From an uncultured Candidatus Saccharibacteria bacterium (GTDB taxonomy: Bacteria > Patescibacteriota > Dojkabacteria > J137): a DNA stretch of 58,387 nt. The notes under the pieces were generated by a model. The model was not told where the DNA came from. It did no database searches and saw only the letters and a list, made by a program, of their open reading frames with translations. Shown here in pieces: positions 9,965-19,137 of the stretch. Made by a program: the position numbers and the translations under genes. Each line of letters starts with the position of its first letter. The stretch's first letter is position 1. The stretch is taken from contig CAZUKH010000003.1 in assembly GCA_964620955.1 (NCBI GenBank), positions 6,587 through 64,973 on the forward strand. Direction: 5' to 3'.

Positions 9965-10750
9965 CTACTTACTTTTGTTTACTCTTTGTTTGAATCTTTT
10001 TATAATTTCGTCAGTTAGCCTGTCGTAAGCTAATGCGCCTGTAGACTCTTTTTCATATTCCATAATCGACATACCGTGTGAAGGAGCTTCAGATAGTTTT
10101 ACATTTCGTGGTATTAATGTGTCAAAAAGGTTGGACTTGAAAAAATTTTTGAGCTCAAGAGCAATATCTTTGCTTAGATTTGTTCTGTTGTCATACATCG
10201 TTAATATTGCGCCACCTATCTCGAGGTTAGGATTAAGTGAAGAACGTATCATTTTAATTGTGTTTATTAGCTGTCCTAGACCTTCGAGCGCGTAATACTC
10301 CGCCTGTACAGGTATTAATACGGCGTCAGCTGCAACAAGACTATTTACGGTTAAAAGACCTAAAGAGGGTGGACAATCGATTAAAACGAAGTCGTAGCGT
10401 GAAACTATTTTCTTTATTGCTCTTTTGAGGGTGTTTTCTCTAGAAATACGGTTTACCATTTCAAGCTCTGCTGCCGCAAGTTCAATAGCTGAAGGCAATA
10501 TATCTAAGTTTTGTATTCGAGTAATCTTTACTGCATTAGAAGCATCTTCCTGATTAATCAAAACATCATAAATGCTTTTAAAGTTTTTATCTTCTCGGTC
10601 TCGTACTCCAATACCTGAAGTTAAGTTAGCTTGTGGATCACTGTCAATTAATAAGACATTAAATCCCTTTGCTGCAAGATATACCCCAATGTTTAATACA
10701 CTGGTTGTTTTGCCAACGCCACCTTTTTGATTGCTTATTGCTAATATCAT
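9965..10750 (-). CDS. parA: Chromosome partitioning ATPase ParA/Soj
   Basis: NQKGGVGKTT deviant Walker A, DSDPQANLT, IDCPPSLG, EAPSHG. Confidence 0.96.
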   Translation of the reverse strand: MILAISNQKGGVGKTTSVLNIGVYLAAKGFNVLLIDSDPQANLTSGIGVRDREDKNFKSIYDVLINQEDASNAVKITRIQNLDILPSAIELAAAELEMVNRISRENTLKRAIKKIVSRYDFVLIDCPPSLGLLTVNSLVAADAVLIPVQAEYYALEGLGQLINTIKMIRSSLNPNLEIGGAILTMYDNRTNLSKDIALELKNFFKSNLFDTLIPRNVKLSEAPSHGMSIMEYEKESTGALAYDRLTDEIIKRFKQRVNKSK

Positions 10751-10838
10751 GTGATTAAATCTATTTACTTATTGTACACTATTGTTAAGTTGTATTTAAA
10801 CAAGTTGTGGTAATAGCTTGAGAGGTTAACAACAACTC

Positions 10839-13817
10839 TTAAATCTTTCTCAAAGATATCCCTAGAGCTTTACCATCAAGATTTAGTTTGTACTGTGCTT
10901 CGACCTCGTTATTAAACTCGATGCTCTCGGCACTAACTAACTTTTTAATTTGTGCTAGGTTATCGACAATAGTTTTTTGGGTTAGCGAATCAACCTCAAC
11001 GATAGCAATTGCTATTTTGTCTTGAATTTTTAGCCCTGACTTTTTCCGCAGTGATTGAAGTTGGCGAGTAAGTTCTCTAATTTTACCTTCTTCGATTAGG
11101 GCTTGATCCAGTTTTGTATCTAAACCAACAACTAAACCAGCTACCTCATCTATTTGAGTTTTTATATCTTTAGTTTCTTCAACTTCTAAAACGTTTTCAA
11201 GATTTTTAACATTAAGTTCTGAAACAATTAAGCTTTTCATCCAATCGTGAAACTCAGGTATATGCTTGTTGCTGGTTTTAACTAGTACTTTTGAAAGTGG
11301 CTGTCTAACTTTAAGCTTATTATTTGTGCGTAAGTTATGGCCTATTTCTACAACCTTTCTTATTACTTCCATCTCTTCGCCAAGTATTTCATAAGACTGT
11401 ATAAAAGAGTTATCTGCTTTAGGATAATCTGTAAGGTGTACCGATTCAGGAATGCCAGGAATGTGGTTTGCTACTAGCTCTTTATAAATTGCTTCAGCAA
11501 TAAATGGAGTAAATGGTGCTAAAAGCTTTGCTGTTTCAACAAGTACATAATATAGTACTTCAATCGCAGCGGTATCTTTAGAGGCAAATCTTTGACGTGA
11601 GTTTCGAATATACCATTTTGATATTTCACTTATTAAGTTTTTCAAAGCTTCAGTGGCTTTTGGTATTTTGTAGGAGTCTAGATTTTCATGAACAGATTTA
11701 ATAGTTTGTTGAAGTTTCAGAATTATCCAAGCATCAAGCTCTTCGTCAATATCGTCGAATGGTATATGGTCCCATGGGTGGGAATCTTTAAAGTTTGATC
11801 TTAAGTTGTAGGCAAGTTCTTCTCTTGGTTTCCAGTTGTTTGCATTTGCATACATAACAAGATAGCTAAAAATATTCCAAAGAGGGAGAATGGTTTCTTG
11901 TTTTTGTAGCCTTAAGGTTTTGTCACTTATTGTAGTATCTTCACCTGCGGAAATTGGTGTAGAAAAGAAATTCAGCCTTATTGTATCTGCACCAAAGTTT
12001 TGAATCATTGGCGTTGGCTCAGTATAGTTTTTTTTGCTTTTGCTTAATTTAACACCATGATCATCTAAAACAAATCCGCTCATAACTACGTTTTCAAATG
12101 CATTACTTTCAAAAAGAGTTGTTCCAAGAGCGTGTAAAGTGTAAAACCAGCCTCTTGTTTGGTCAACACTTTCTGCAATGTATTGTGCAGGAAACTTAGA
12201 TTCAAATTTATCTTTGTTTTCGAAAGGGTAGTGAAATCTTGCAAATGGCATAGCTCCAGAGTCGTACCACACATCGAGTACGTCGGGAATTCTTTTATAA
12301 TGTTCGCCTTCAAAATCAAATTCAATTTCGTCTACAAAAGGCCTGTGGGGGTCTTTTAGAGTCTTACCAGATAATTTTTCTAATTCACTAAAGGATTCGA
12401 TTATCATCACCTTGCCGGATTCGGACTTCCATATTGGTAATGGAGTACCCCAATAGCGCAGTCTTGATATACCCCAATCTTTTATTTCTGCAAGCCAGTT
12501 ACCAAAACGACCCTCTTTTACATGGGCAGGAATCCAGTTTATTTTGTTATTTAAATCTACAAGTTTATCCCTTAAATTGCTCACAGCTACGTACCAAGAA
12601 GTTATCGGCTTATAAATTAATGGAGTATTTGTTCTCCAGCACATTGGCATTTCATGTTCGTAGTTTTCGTGAGAAAACAATCTGTCTTTATTTTTTAGGT
12701 CCTCAATAATTAATGGGTTAGCATCTCTGTAGTTTTTGCCCTTATACTCAAATATTTTATCGGTAAAGTCACCTTGGTCATCTAATACATCAAAACTTTG
12801 AATTTTTTGCTTTATAAAAAGCTCGTTATCTTCTGCTCCATAAGGTGCCAGGTGTACAATACCCGTTCCTGTTTCAGTCGTAACAAAAGAATTACCTTCA
12901 AATATTCTATGTGCATTTTTGTGTCCTTTGAAGTATTCAAAAGGTGGTTCGTAGCTCATTCCCACAAGCTTTGTAGGGTCAATATCTTCGAGTATTTCGA
13001 ACTCTTTATTCTTAAAAACTTCTTTTACCCTGTCTTTAGCTAAAACATATTTTTTCTTAGCGGATTTGTCTAGAACTTTTACATATTTAATTTTCGTATT
13101 AATAGCAAGTCCAAGGTTTGATGGAATAGTCCAAGGGGTTGTTGTCCATGCAATAATTCGGACACTATCCATTTCGGACAAAACAAATTCAACAGTAATG
13201 GCCGGATCAACGAATGGTTTATAGCCTCCTAATGCCACCTCGGCATTTGAAAGGGTGGTACCTGCTCTAGTTGAGTAGGGTACAACTTTAAATCCTTCAT
13301 AAAGAAGACCTTTTTTGTAAAGCTCTTTTATAGACCACCAGATAGATTCAATGTAATTTGGATCCATTGTGGAGTAGGTTTCTTCTTCATTGGTAAGCCT
13401 TCCCATAAGCTCTTCAAGCTCAATAATAGTTTTTCGATGTTCAATTACAGAATCTCTACAAAGCTTATTAAATTTTGCAATGCCAAATTTTTCAATATCT
13501 TTTTTTTCCTTGAAGCCTAGTTTTTTTTCAATTTCATACTCAACGGGTATACCTTGGCAATCCCAACCAAGACTTCTTGCTACTTTAAAGCCTTTCATTG
13601 TCCAGTATCTTGGAATTATGTCTTTCATTGCAAATGTAAGCATATGCCCATGGTGTGGTGTCCCGTTTGCAGTTATTGGGCCATCGTAAAAAGTATAAAC
13701 CTTGTCTGCCGGCCTTTGCTCAATTGATTTTTCTAAAACTTTATTTTGTTTCCACCAATTTAAGATTTGTTGTTCGAGCTCGAAAAAGTTTTGATTCGGT
13801 TTTGGAGGGTTAAACAT
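10839..13817 (-). CDS. ileS: Isoleucine--tRNA ligase, type 2 (eukaryote-like)
   Basis: FYDGPITANGTPHHGH (HIGH), GWDCQG, WTTTPWT, DWGISRLRYWGTPLP, DQTRGWFY, KLSKS. Confidence 0.97.
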   Translation of the reverse strand: MFNPPKPNQNFFELEQQILNWWKQNKVLEKSIEQRPADKVYTFYDGPITANGTPHHGHMLTFAMKDIIPRYWTMKGFKVARSLGWDCQGIPVEYEIEKKLGFKEKKDIEKFGIAKFNKLCRDSVIEHRKTIIELEELMGRLTNEEETYSTMDPNYIESIWWSIKELYKKGLLYEGFKVVPYSTRAGTTLSNAEVALGGYKPFVDPAITVEFVLSEMDSVRIIAWTTTPWTIPSNLGLAINTKIKYVKVLDKSAKKKYVLAKDRVKEVFKNKEFEILEDIDPTKLVGMSYEPPFEYFKGHKNAHRIFEGNSFVTTETGTGIVHLAPYGAEDNELFIKQKIQSFDVLDDQGDFTDKIFEYKGKNYRDANPLIIEDLKNKDRLFSHENYEHEMPMCWRTNTPLIYKPITSWYVAVSNLRDKLVDLNNKINWIPAHVKEGRFGNWLAEIKDWGISRLRYWGTPLPIWKSESGKVMIIESFSELEKLSGKTLKDPHRPFVDEIEFDFEGEHYKRIPDVLDVWYDSGAMPFARFHYPFENKDKFESKFPAQYIAESVDQTRGWFYTLHALGTTLFESNAFENVVMSGFVLDDHGVKLSKSKKNYTEPTPMIQNFGADTIRLNFFSTPISAGEDTTISDKTLRLQKQETILPLWNIFSYLVMYANANNWKPREELAYNLRSNFKDSHPWDHIPFDDIDEELDAWIILKLQQTIKSVHENLDSYKIPKATEALKNLISEISKWYIRNSRQRFASKDTAAIEVLYYVLVETAKLLAPFTPFIAEAIYKELVANHIPGIPESVHLTDYPKADNSFIQSYEILGEEMEVIRKVVEIGHNLRTNNKLKVRQPLSKVLVKTSNKHIPEFHDWMKSLIVSELNVKNLENVLEVEETKDIKTQIDEVAGLVVGLDTKLDQALIEEGKIRELTRQLQSLRKKSGLKIQDKIAIAIVEVDSLTQKTIVDNLAQIKKLVSAESIEFNNEVEAQYKLNLDGKALGISLRKI

Positions 13818-13829
13818 TTTCTTTAATTA

Positions 13830-14000
13830 TTAAAAAGTAATTTGTGAAATAGATGCTTTATGAGTAAGGCCTTGTTTAAAATTAAAACATTTTCGTAAAA
13901 GTTTATCTACTTTTTCAGGGAAATTGCGAGTGGCAATAAAAATTCGATTAGCCATCTCATCCGAATAATTCCAACTTTGAAGTTTATTATAATCTTGCAT
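13830..14000 (-). pseudogene. Internally deleted four-helix-bundle (23S rRNA IVP/bAvd-like) gene remnant, 56 aa
   Basis: MQDYNKLQSWNYSDEMANRIFIATRNFPEK fits the family N-terminus (L..W......I...T..FP); about half the usual length; not in ORF track. Confidence 0.6.
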
Positions 14001-14004
14001 ACTA

Positions 14005-14032
14005 CGTATAACGTAAACCGTATAACGTAGAA
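14005..14032. repeat. Four tandem heptamer repeats
   Basis: CGTATAA CGTAAAC CGTATAA CGTAGAA. Confidence 0.75.
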
Positions 14033-14042
14033 CAGTGTTTTG

Positions 14043-14205
14043 AAGGGACTGAGTTGCTCTACTGCTCAGCGATTACCACCCAACTTCCTATCAGGCACAT
14101 AGGCATCTTGTTACAGCTTTTTCGGGCTTACCCGGGAGGTTCTACTAGTTTTTCTTCCCCCTGCTCTGGAGTGATTTCCTGTAATTTACTTACAGGCTCC
14201 TTCTT
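14043..14205 (-). promoter_or_regulatory. T-box riboswitch with Ile (AUC) specifier upstream of ileS
   Basis: Minus strand: short stem I GGAG-CCTGTAA/TTACAGG-AAATCA-CTCC with ATC at 14175-14173; stem II GAA/AGTA S-turn; T-box AAGTTGGGTGGTAATCG (14086-14070) closed by CTGAG/CTCAG and GTCCC. Confidence 0.85.
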
Positions 14206-14278
14206 TGCGTTAGAAAGATTTTATCACAAAGGCAAGGCTTACAGATAGTTTTTTGAATTTGAATTGTTATAATTAATA

Positions 14279-15217
14279 ATGCAAAAAGTAAAAACAGTTT
14301 TTATTGGTTCTGGTGATTTTGGAATCCCAATATTAAAGAAGATTGTAGAATCTGACTTTTTTGAAGTTGTAGGAATTGTAAGCCAACCCGACAAGCCAAT
14401 GGGCAGGAAAAAAGTTTTAACACCTACTAAGCTTAAGGCTTTTTCGGTAAAGACATATCCATCTATTCCAGTAGAAACACCAGATAAGATTTCACAATAT
14501 TCGAGTTCACTTATTAAAGAATATAATCCCGAGTTGATTGTAGTAGCATCTTATGGACAGATAATACCCGATAGTCTTCTTAATTACCCAAAGTTTAAGT
14601 GTGTCAATTTTCACGGGTCACTTTTGCCAAAGCTTAGAGGGGCAGTACCTGTGCAAATGGCTATTCTTAGGGGTTTTACAGAAACAGGTGTAACGCTGCA
14701 GCAGATGGCTAAACGAATGGATGCTGGTCCACTGATTTCCTCTACAAAGTTTGCAATTGAGCCGTTAGATACAACCGAATCTTTGATGTTAAAACTTGCA
14801 ATAAGCGCTTCAAATATGATTGAAACTGACTTGAAAATGTGGTGTCAGGGAATGTTGACAGCTATATCTCAAATAGAGGAGGATGCTACCTATTGCTACG
14901 AAAAAGATATTGCCAAAGAAAAGGCATCGCTTTTAACGGTCAGTTCCGTTTACGAAGCAGATCGAATGGTCAGGGCCTTTTACCCATGGCCGGTTGCGTG
15001 GTTTTTGGCAGAAGCCTCTAATAAAAGAATTAAAGTCTTTAGGGCCTCAGTAAAAACAATAGATGTTCAAAATCATAGAGCAGAAGGTCCACGTTTTGTC
15101 TGTGCCGACGGTCAGCCCCAACTCGAGTATTCTGATGGTGTTCTTTTACTGGAAGATATTCAGATAGAGGGTAAAAAAAGAGGAAGAGCAAAAGAATATT
15201 CATGGTTAAAATTTTAG
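14279..15217 (+). CDS. fmt: Methionyl-tRNA formyltransferase
   Basis: FIGSGDFG, SQPDKPMGR, VASYGQII, NFHGSLLPKLRGAVP, MDAGP. Confidence 0.96.
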   Translation: MQKVKTVFIGSGDFGIPILKKIVESDFFEVVGIVSQPDKPMGRKKVLTPTKLKAFSVKTYPSIPVETPDKISQYSSSLIKEYNPELIVVASYGQIIPDSLLNYPKFKCVNFHGSLLPKLRGAVPVQMAILRGFTETGVTLQQMAKRMDAGPLISSTKFAIEPLDTTESLMLKLAISASNMIETDLKMWCQGMLTAISQIEEDATYCYEKDIAKEKASLLTVSSVYEADRMVRAFYPWPVAWFLAEASNKRIKVFRASVKTIDVQNHRAEGPRFVCADGQPQLEYSDGVLLLEDIQIEGKKRGRAKEYSWLKF

Positions 15218-15283
15218 CCAATTTTCTCCGTATAATTAAAGTTGCTAGTGATTCGAAAATGCAGGAAAGTTTTTGTTTTAAAA

Positions 15284-15355
15284 CTCCGTCTCTGGGACTC
15301 GAACCCAGAACCCACCGGTTAACAGCCGGTTGCTCTACCATTGAGCTAAGACGGA
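15284..15355 (-). tRNA. tRNA-Asn (GUU)
   Basis: TCCGTCT/AGACGGA acceptor stem, ACCGG CTGTTAA CCGGT anticodon arm, TTCGAGT T-loop; CCA not encoded. Confidence 0.97.
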
Positions 15356-15467
15356 ATTCTTAATATGTAAGAAAGATTATAGCAAAGCTTGTTAATCAGA
15401 GCAAAACCTCTTAAGTTATCCATTTTTTTATAAATATGTTACGATAAAATAGAAAGTATTTTTAGAA

Positions 15468-16250
15468 ATGTCCACCAATAAAGACAACTTAATTGAACAG
15501 CTAGCCCAGCTTGGAATGTCCGTAGATGCGGGCAGAGTATATATTGAATTAATGCAGGGTGGCAAAGTAAGCCCATTGTCGTTAAGTAGAAAGCTAAATA
15601 TCCCAAGAACAAAGGTATATCGAATTCTTTCAAAACTTCAGAATATGGAGCTTGTTGAGGAGCAAAAGCGGAAATATGGTTCTCGTTTTATGCCAGTAAA
15701 TCCTTCAAAGCTTCTAGAGTTAGTTAATAGAAGAGAAAAAGAACTGCTTTTAGTAAAAGCCTCGATTAACTCAACTGTTTTTGCATTAAATTCGTTGTTT
15801 AATAAGAATGCAAGGTCGGAAGGACCTGTAGTCAGTAATCACCAGGGCAAGGAGGCTGCGCAATTCTTACTAGATGTTTTACCAACAGCAAAACACAATT
15901 TATGGATAGTTGGTTCGCAAGTATTTGGCAGAAAGTCATTGGGTAATTCCGCTATTCTTACGGTGTTTAAAAAGTTAAAACAAAATCCTGGGCTTAAAAT
16001 ATGGCAGATTACCAACCCTATAGATGATAGTCACGAGGAAGTAATAAGTAAACTATTGCCCAATATTAAAATTTGCCTGCTTAGAAAAGATTTGTTTGAA
16101 ACTGATTTTGATATTTTCTTTTTTAATAATAAAGTTCTTTTTGTTTTTGACAACAAAGGAGAGCTAGTGATCGAGCAAATTACTGGAGGATTACAATTTG
16201 AGCTTTTTAAAAGATTTTTTGAGGCTTTGTGGAAAATGCAAAATACTTGA
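15468..16250 (+). CDS. TrmB-family transcriptional regulator
   Basis: N-terminal LAQLGM..VYIEL..LSRKLNIPRTKVYRILSKL wHTH; PLD-like C-terminal sensor domain. Confidence 0.85.
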   Translation: MSTNKDNLIEQLAQLGMSVDAGRVYIELMQGGKVSPLSLSRKLNIPRTKVYRILSKLQNMELVEEQKRKYGSRFMPVNPSKLLELVNRREKELLLVKASINSTVFALNSLFNKNARSEGPVVSNHQGKEAAQFLLDVLPTAKHNLWIVGSQVFGRKSLGNSAILTVFKKLKQNPGLKIWQITNPIDDSHEEVISKLLPNIKICLLRKDLFETDFDIFFFNNKVLFVFDNKGELVIEQITGGLQFELFKRFFEALWKMQNT

Positions 16251-16278
16251 TGCAAGTAGTGTAAAAACTTTTTTAAGA

Positions 16279-16659
16279 CTAATAAATATCCGATTTAGTA
16301 TAACCGGGCTCTTTTTGTCCAAAAATTAAATATCCCAAAGTCATAGCAGAAAGACCAAGAAAAAATATACCAACTATTGCAAATTGAGTTGATCTATTAC
16401 TAATATCAAACGCTTGTCTTTCATCGCTAACACCTGCAACTCTTGGCTGGTTAATATTGGCTTTCGATTCTTGTGAAGCAGGTTGGTTATTTGAGGCTTG
16501 GGATGCGTTTACAAAACGTTGTGAATTGTTTTGTATATAAGTAATTGAAACTGCTGGTAATACAAAAAATGCAAGTACCATGCAAACAATTGTAAGGGCC
16601 TTAGTGAGGTTAATATCAACCAAAGGTTCTTGCTGTGCTTGGTAAATTGTTTTATGCAT
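16279..16659 (-). CDS. Hypothetical membrane protein (2 TM)
   Basis: Two hydrophobic helices flanking a polar loop with the RVAGVS motif. Confidence 0.7.
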   Translation of the reverse strand: MHKTIYQAQQEPLVDINLTKALTIVCMVLAFFVLPAVSITYIQNNSQRFVNASQASNNQPASQESKANINQPRVAGVSDERQAFDISNRSTQFAIVGIFFLGLSAMTLGYLIFGQKEPGYTKSDIY

Positions 16660-16740
16660 TTATTAAAGTTGGCTAACTTATATATTTACTTTACTCATTT
16701 AATCAAAGATATTGTAAATTGGCAAGTGGTTACGGTTACC

Positions 16741-17796
16741 CTAACAACCTAAATCCCGACAAACACCATAGTAGTGATCTTGAAAATTGGTGTTAAAGTA
16801 AGTTTGGCCATTAGGAGTGTGGTAAAAGTAGAAGTAATCAGTAATATTTGGCTGCAAAGCAGCAACGATTGATTCAATTCGTGGGTTATTTATTGGCGTT
16901 GGGGGAAGTCCGGGATATTTGTAAGTATTGTAAGGGCTGTCAATTTGTAAATCCTGTATTGATACACCAGGATCGTTTTTACCAGTTATAAAGTTAACAG
17001 TTGAGTCAGCTTCTAATGCCATACCTAAAGCAAGTCTGTTATGAAAAACAGAAGAAATATCTTTTCGGTCATCCCAACTGCTTGCCTCTCTTTCGATAAT
17101 TGATGCAAGAGTTATTGCTTCATAAAGAGTTCCAAAGTTTGATTGGTTTTGTGGACTGGCTCCATTTGGAAGTGCGCTATTAAATTTTTGTACTGTGTTT
17201 TGCAAAATGAAATCAACAATCTCTAATGTGGTCATACCTTGTTGGAACTTATATGTGTCGGGGTATAAAAATCCTCTTAAAGGTTTGGTAGCGGGTTTGT
17301 GTAGTGTTAAGAATGTTGAGACTGTGTCCGAAAAAGAGTAGTTATCTGGTGATTCTACAATGTTTACAAATTCAGCCGGCACGAATTTTGTTTTACCAGC
17401 AAGTGTTTTTTCCAGCTCGCTAGCCATTTGCTCGTATCTCCATCCTTCACGTAAGGTAACAGTTATTGTAGGTAGTAAAGCGCCTTTTTCTAGTGCAGAA
17501 ATTACTTCGGGCAATGGAAGACCATTCTGGATAGTGTATTCTCCTACTTTGATTTTTGGCTCAATATTCGAAAGTTGAATATATATTTGCGCTGCAAACG
17601 CGCTTTTAATTATCCCGGAATCTTCAAGCTTTGGAAGTATTCCGACTAGTGTGTCACCTTCTTCAACTAAGAATGAAATTTCTTGCGTATTTTCTGTTGT
17701 ACCAAAGACTGCAGAGTTATACCAGTTATATGCTGTAAAAAACGCAGCTGCTAAAATTATAAATAATACTAATAGTAAAACTATTATTTTTTTCAT
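16741..17796 (-). CDS. mltG: Endolytic transglycosylase MltG
   Basis: N-terminal TM, GFLYPDTY, LASIIERE, VFHNRL, DSPYNTYKYPGLPPTPINNP. Confidence 0.95.
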   Translation of the reverse strand: MKKIIVLLLVLFIILAAAFFTAYNWYNSAVFGTTENTQEISFLVEEGDTLVGILPKLEDSGIIKSAFAAQIYIQLSNIEPKIKVGEYTIQNGLPLPEVISALEKGALLPTITVTLREGWRYEQMASELEKTLAGKTKFVPAEFVNIVESPDNYSFSDTVSTFLTLHKPATKPLRGFLYPDTYKFQQGMTTLEIVDFILQNTVQKFNSALPNGASPQNQSNFGTLYEAITLASIIEREASSWDDRKDISSVFHNRLALGMALEADSTVNFITGKNDPGVSIQDLQIDSPYNTYKYPGLPPTPINNPRIESIVAALQPNITDYFYFYHTPNGQTYFNTNFQDHYYGVCRDLGC

Positions 17797-17825
17797 TATT
17801 GTTTTAATGTAAATAAAAAAAACTT

Positions 17826-17870
17826 CCCTGTCTGCTACCAGGCAGGCAGGACTAAAGTCCGTGGTTTTTT
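17826..17870. repeat. Composite REP-like/IS200-IS605-end-like hairpin element, copy 2
   Basis: CCCTGTCTGC TACCA GGCAGGCAGG then ACTAAAGTCCGTGGTTTTTT; supplies the last codons and stop of ruvX. Confidence 0.6.
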
Positions 17871-18259
17871 GTTAGTAATAAGTATTCTTCAAGTATTATT
17901 CTTGCTGCTTCGGCATCTACATGTTTTCGCTTTATTCCCTTTGTGTTTTCTCTTGCTTGGGCACTTGTCATGGTTTCGTTCCATTCAACAATCTGCACAT
18001 TGAATTTACTCCTCATAAATTTTATAAACTCAACTGCGCGATGTCCGAAATCTGAAAGTAGGTTACCCACATCATAAGGTACGCCTACAACAATAGTATC
18101 TACTTTTTCCTTATCAATTATTTCATTAATGTGCCTTATCAAAGACTCGTCCATTTTGCCATAATATATTTCTTTAGCAAACGAAAAATCATTATTTTCA
18201 TCAGAAATAGCAATACCAGTTTTGGCTGAACCTAAATCTAGGGCTAAAGTTTTCGACAT
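17852..18259 (-). CDS. ruvX: YqgF/RuvX family nuclease (pre-16S rRNA processing)
   Basis: LALDLGSAKTGIAISD, IVVGVP, WNETMTS, VDAEAARIILE. Confidence 0.93.
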   Translation of the reverse strand: MSKTLALDLGSAKTGIAISDENNDFSFAKEIYYGKMDESLIRHINEIIDKEKVDTIVVGVPYDVGNLLSDFGHRAVEFIKFMRSKFNVQIVEWNETMTSAQARENTKGIKRKHVDAEAARIILEEYLLLTKNHGL

Positions 18260-18307
18260 AAATTATTATAACAGTTTATAAATGGTGTCTGTGATATAAT
18301 TACTACT

Positions 18308-19009
18308 ATGGTAAGTTTGCTTGTTGATTTTCTTTTCCCTAAATTTTGTTTTTCATGCGGAAGGCCAGGCAGGTATATTTGTGATAAATGCTTTGCTCAC
18401 AATTCAGAGTATTTACCTATTCAGATTTGCCATGTGTGTCATAGAGAAGTGCGAATTGGACTTGTACACAAAGATTGTCAAGAACTTTCTTTTTTAGATG
18501 GGCTGTTGACTACGGCGCAATACAATGACTTTACAAAAAACCTCATTTTTTCAGGTAAATACTCTGGAGTATTTTCAATATTTTATGAAGTTGGGGAAAT
18601 AATGGCACAAAATCTTAAATTAAATTTTAACTTTAACGAACACTTGTTGATTCCTGTACCTTTACACATTAGCAAGATGAAAAAACGTGGATATAATCAG
18701 TCGTTAGTTATTGCCAAGTCTATTAGTAAATTTACAGGAATTAAAGTTATTGACTTAATTGAAAGAAGAGTAAAAACTCATACACAAGTAGGAATGCACA
18801 AAACGCAAAGACAGGAAAATCTTTTAAACGCATTTACTGTTAAAAATAAAGGCTATATGCCTAAAAAAGCTATACTTATTGACGATGTTTATACAACGGG
18901 AACAACGCTTAATGAATGTGCTAAAGTGCTTAAAGAGCATGGTGTAAAAGAAGTGATAGGGTATACCTTCGCAAAGGCTACTGCAAGCCTAAAACCTTTA
19001 TCTACTTGA
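18308..19009 (+). CDS. comF: ComF family competence protein (zinc ribbon + PRTase)
   Basis: CxxC pairs, IPVPLH..RGYNQS, LIDDVYTTGTTL. Confidence 0.92.
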   Translation: MVSLLVDFLFPKFCFSCGRPGRYICDKCFAHNSEYLPIQICHVCHREVRIGLVHKDCQELSFLDGLLTTAQYNDFTKNLIFSGKYSGVFSIFYEVGEIMAQNLKLNFNFNEHLLIPVPLHISKMKKRGYNQSLVIAKSISKFTGIKVIDLIERRVKTHTQVGMHKTQRQENLLNAFTVKNKGYMPKKAILIDDVYTTGTTLNECAKVLKEHGVKEVIGYTFAKATASLKPLST

Positions 19010-19034
19010 CTAAAACGCTTTTTTATAGTAAAAT
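19006..19034 (+). promoter_or_regulatory. sigma70 promoter of tmRNA gene
   Basis: TTGACT, 17-nt spacer, TAAAAT. Confidence 0.65.
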
Positions 19035-19137
19035 TTCAGTGTACTTTAAAAATGAATAAACATTCGCTTTGAGAGGATAAAATTGTTTCGAGATTTGCGT
19101 TACCATTATCCAAGGCATTAGTCTTTGCACTTTCAAA

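Noticed and set aside
13830-14000. Diversity-generating retroelement (Avd-like ORF)
   Set aside because: No reverse transcriptase and no TR/VR repeat pair seen in the window
14054-14248. 64-aa + strand ORF; also first considered as RNase P RNA
   Set aside because: It is antisense to the T-box leader, and the RNase P signatures (GAGGAAAGTCC, CAGAA..GGCTTA) are absent
15039-15341. 100-aa minus-strand ORF
   Set aside because: Reads through tRNA-Asn and is antisense to fmt
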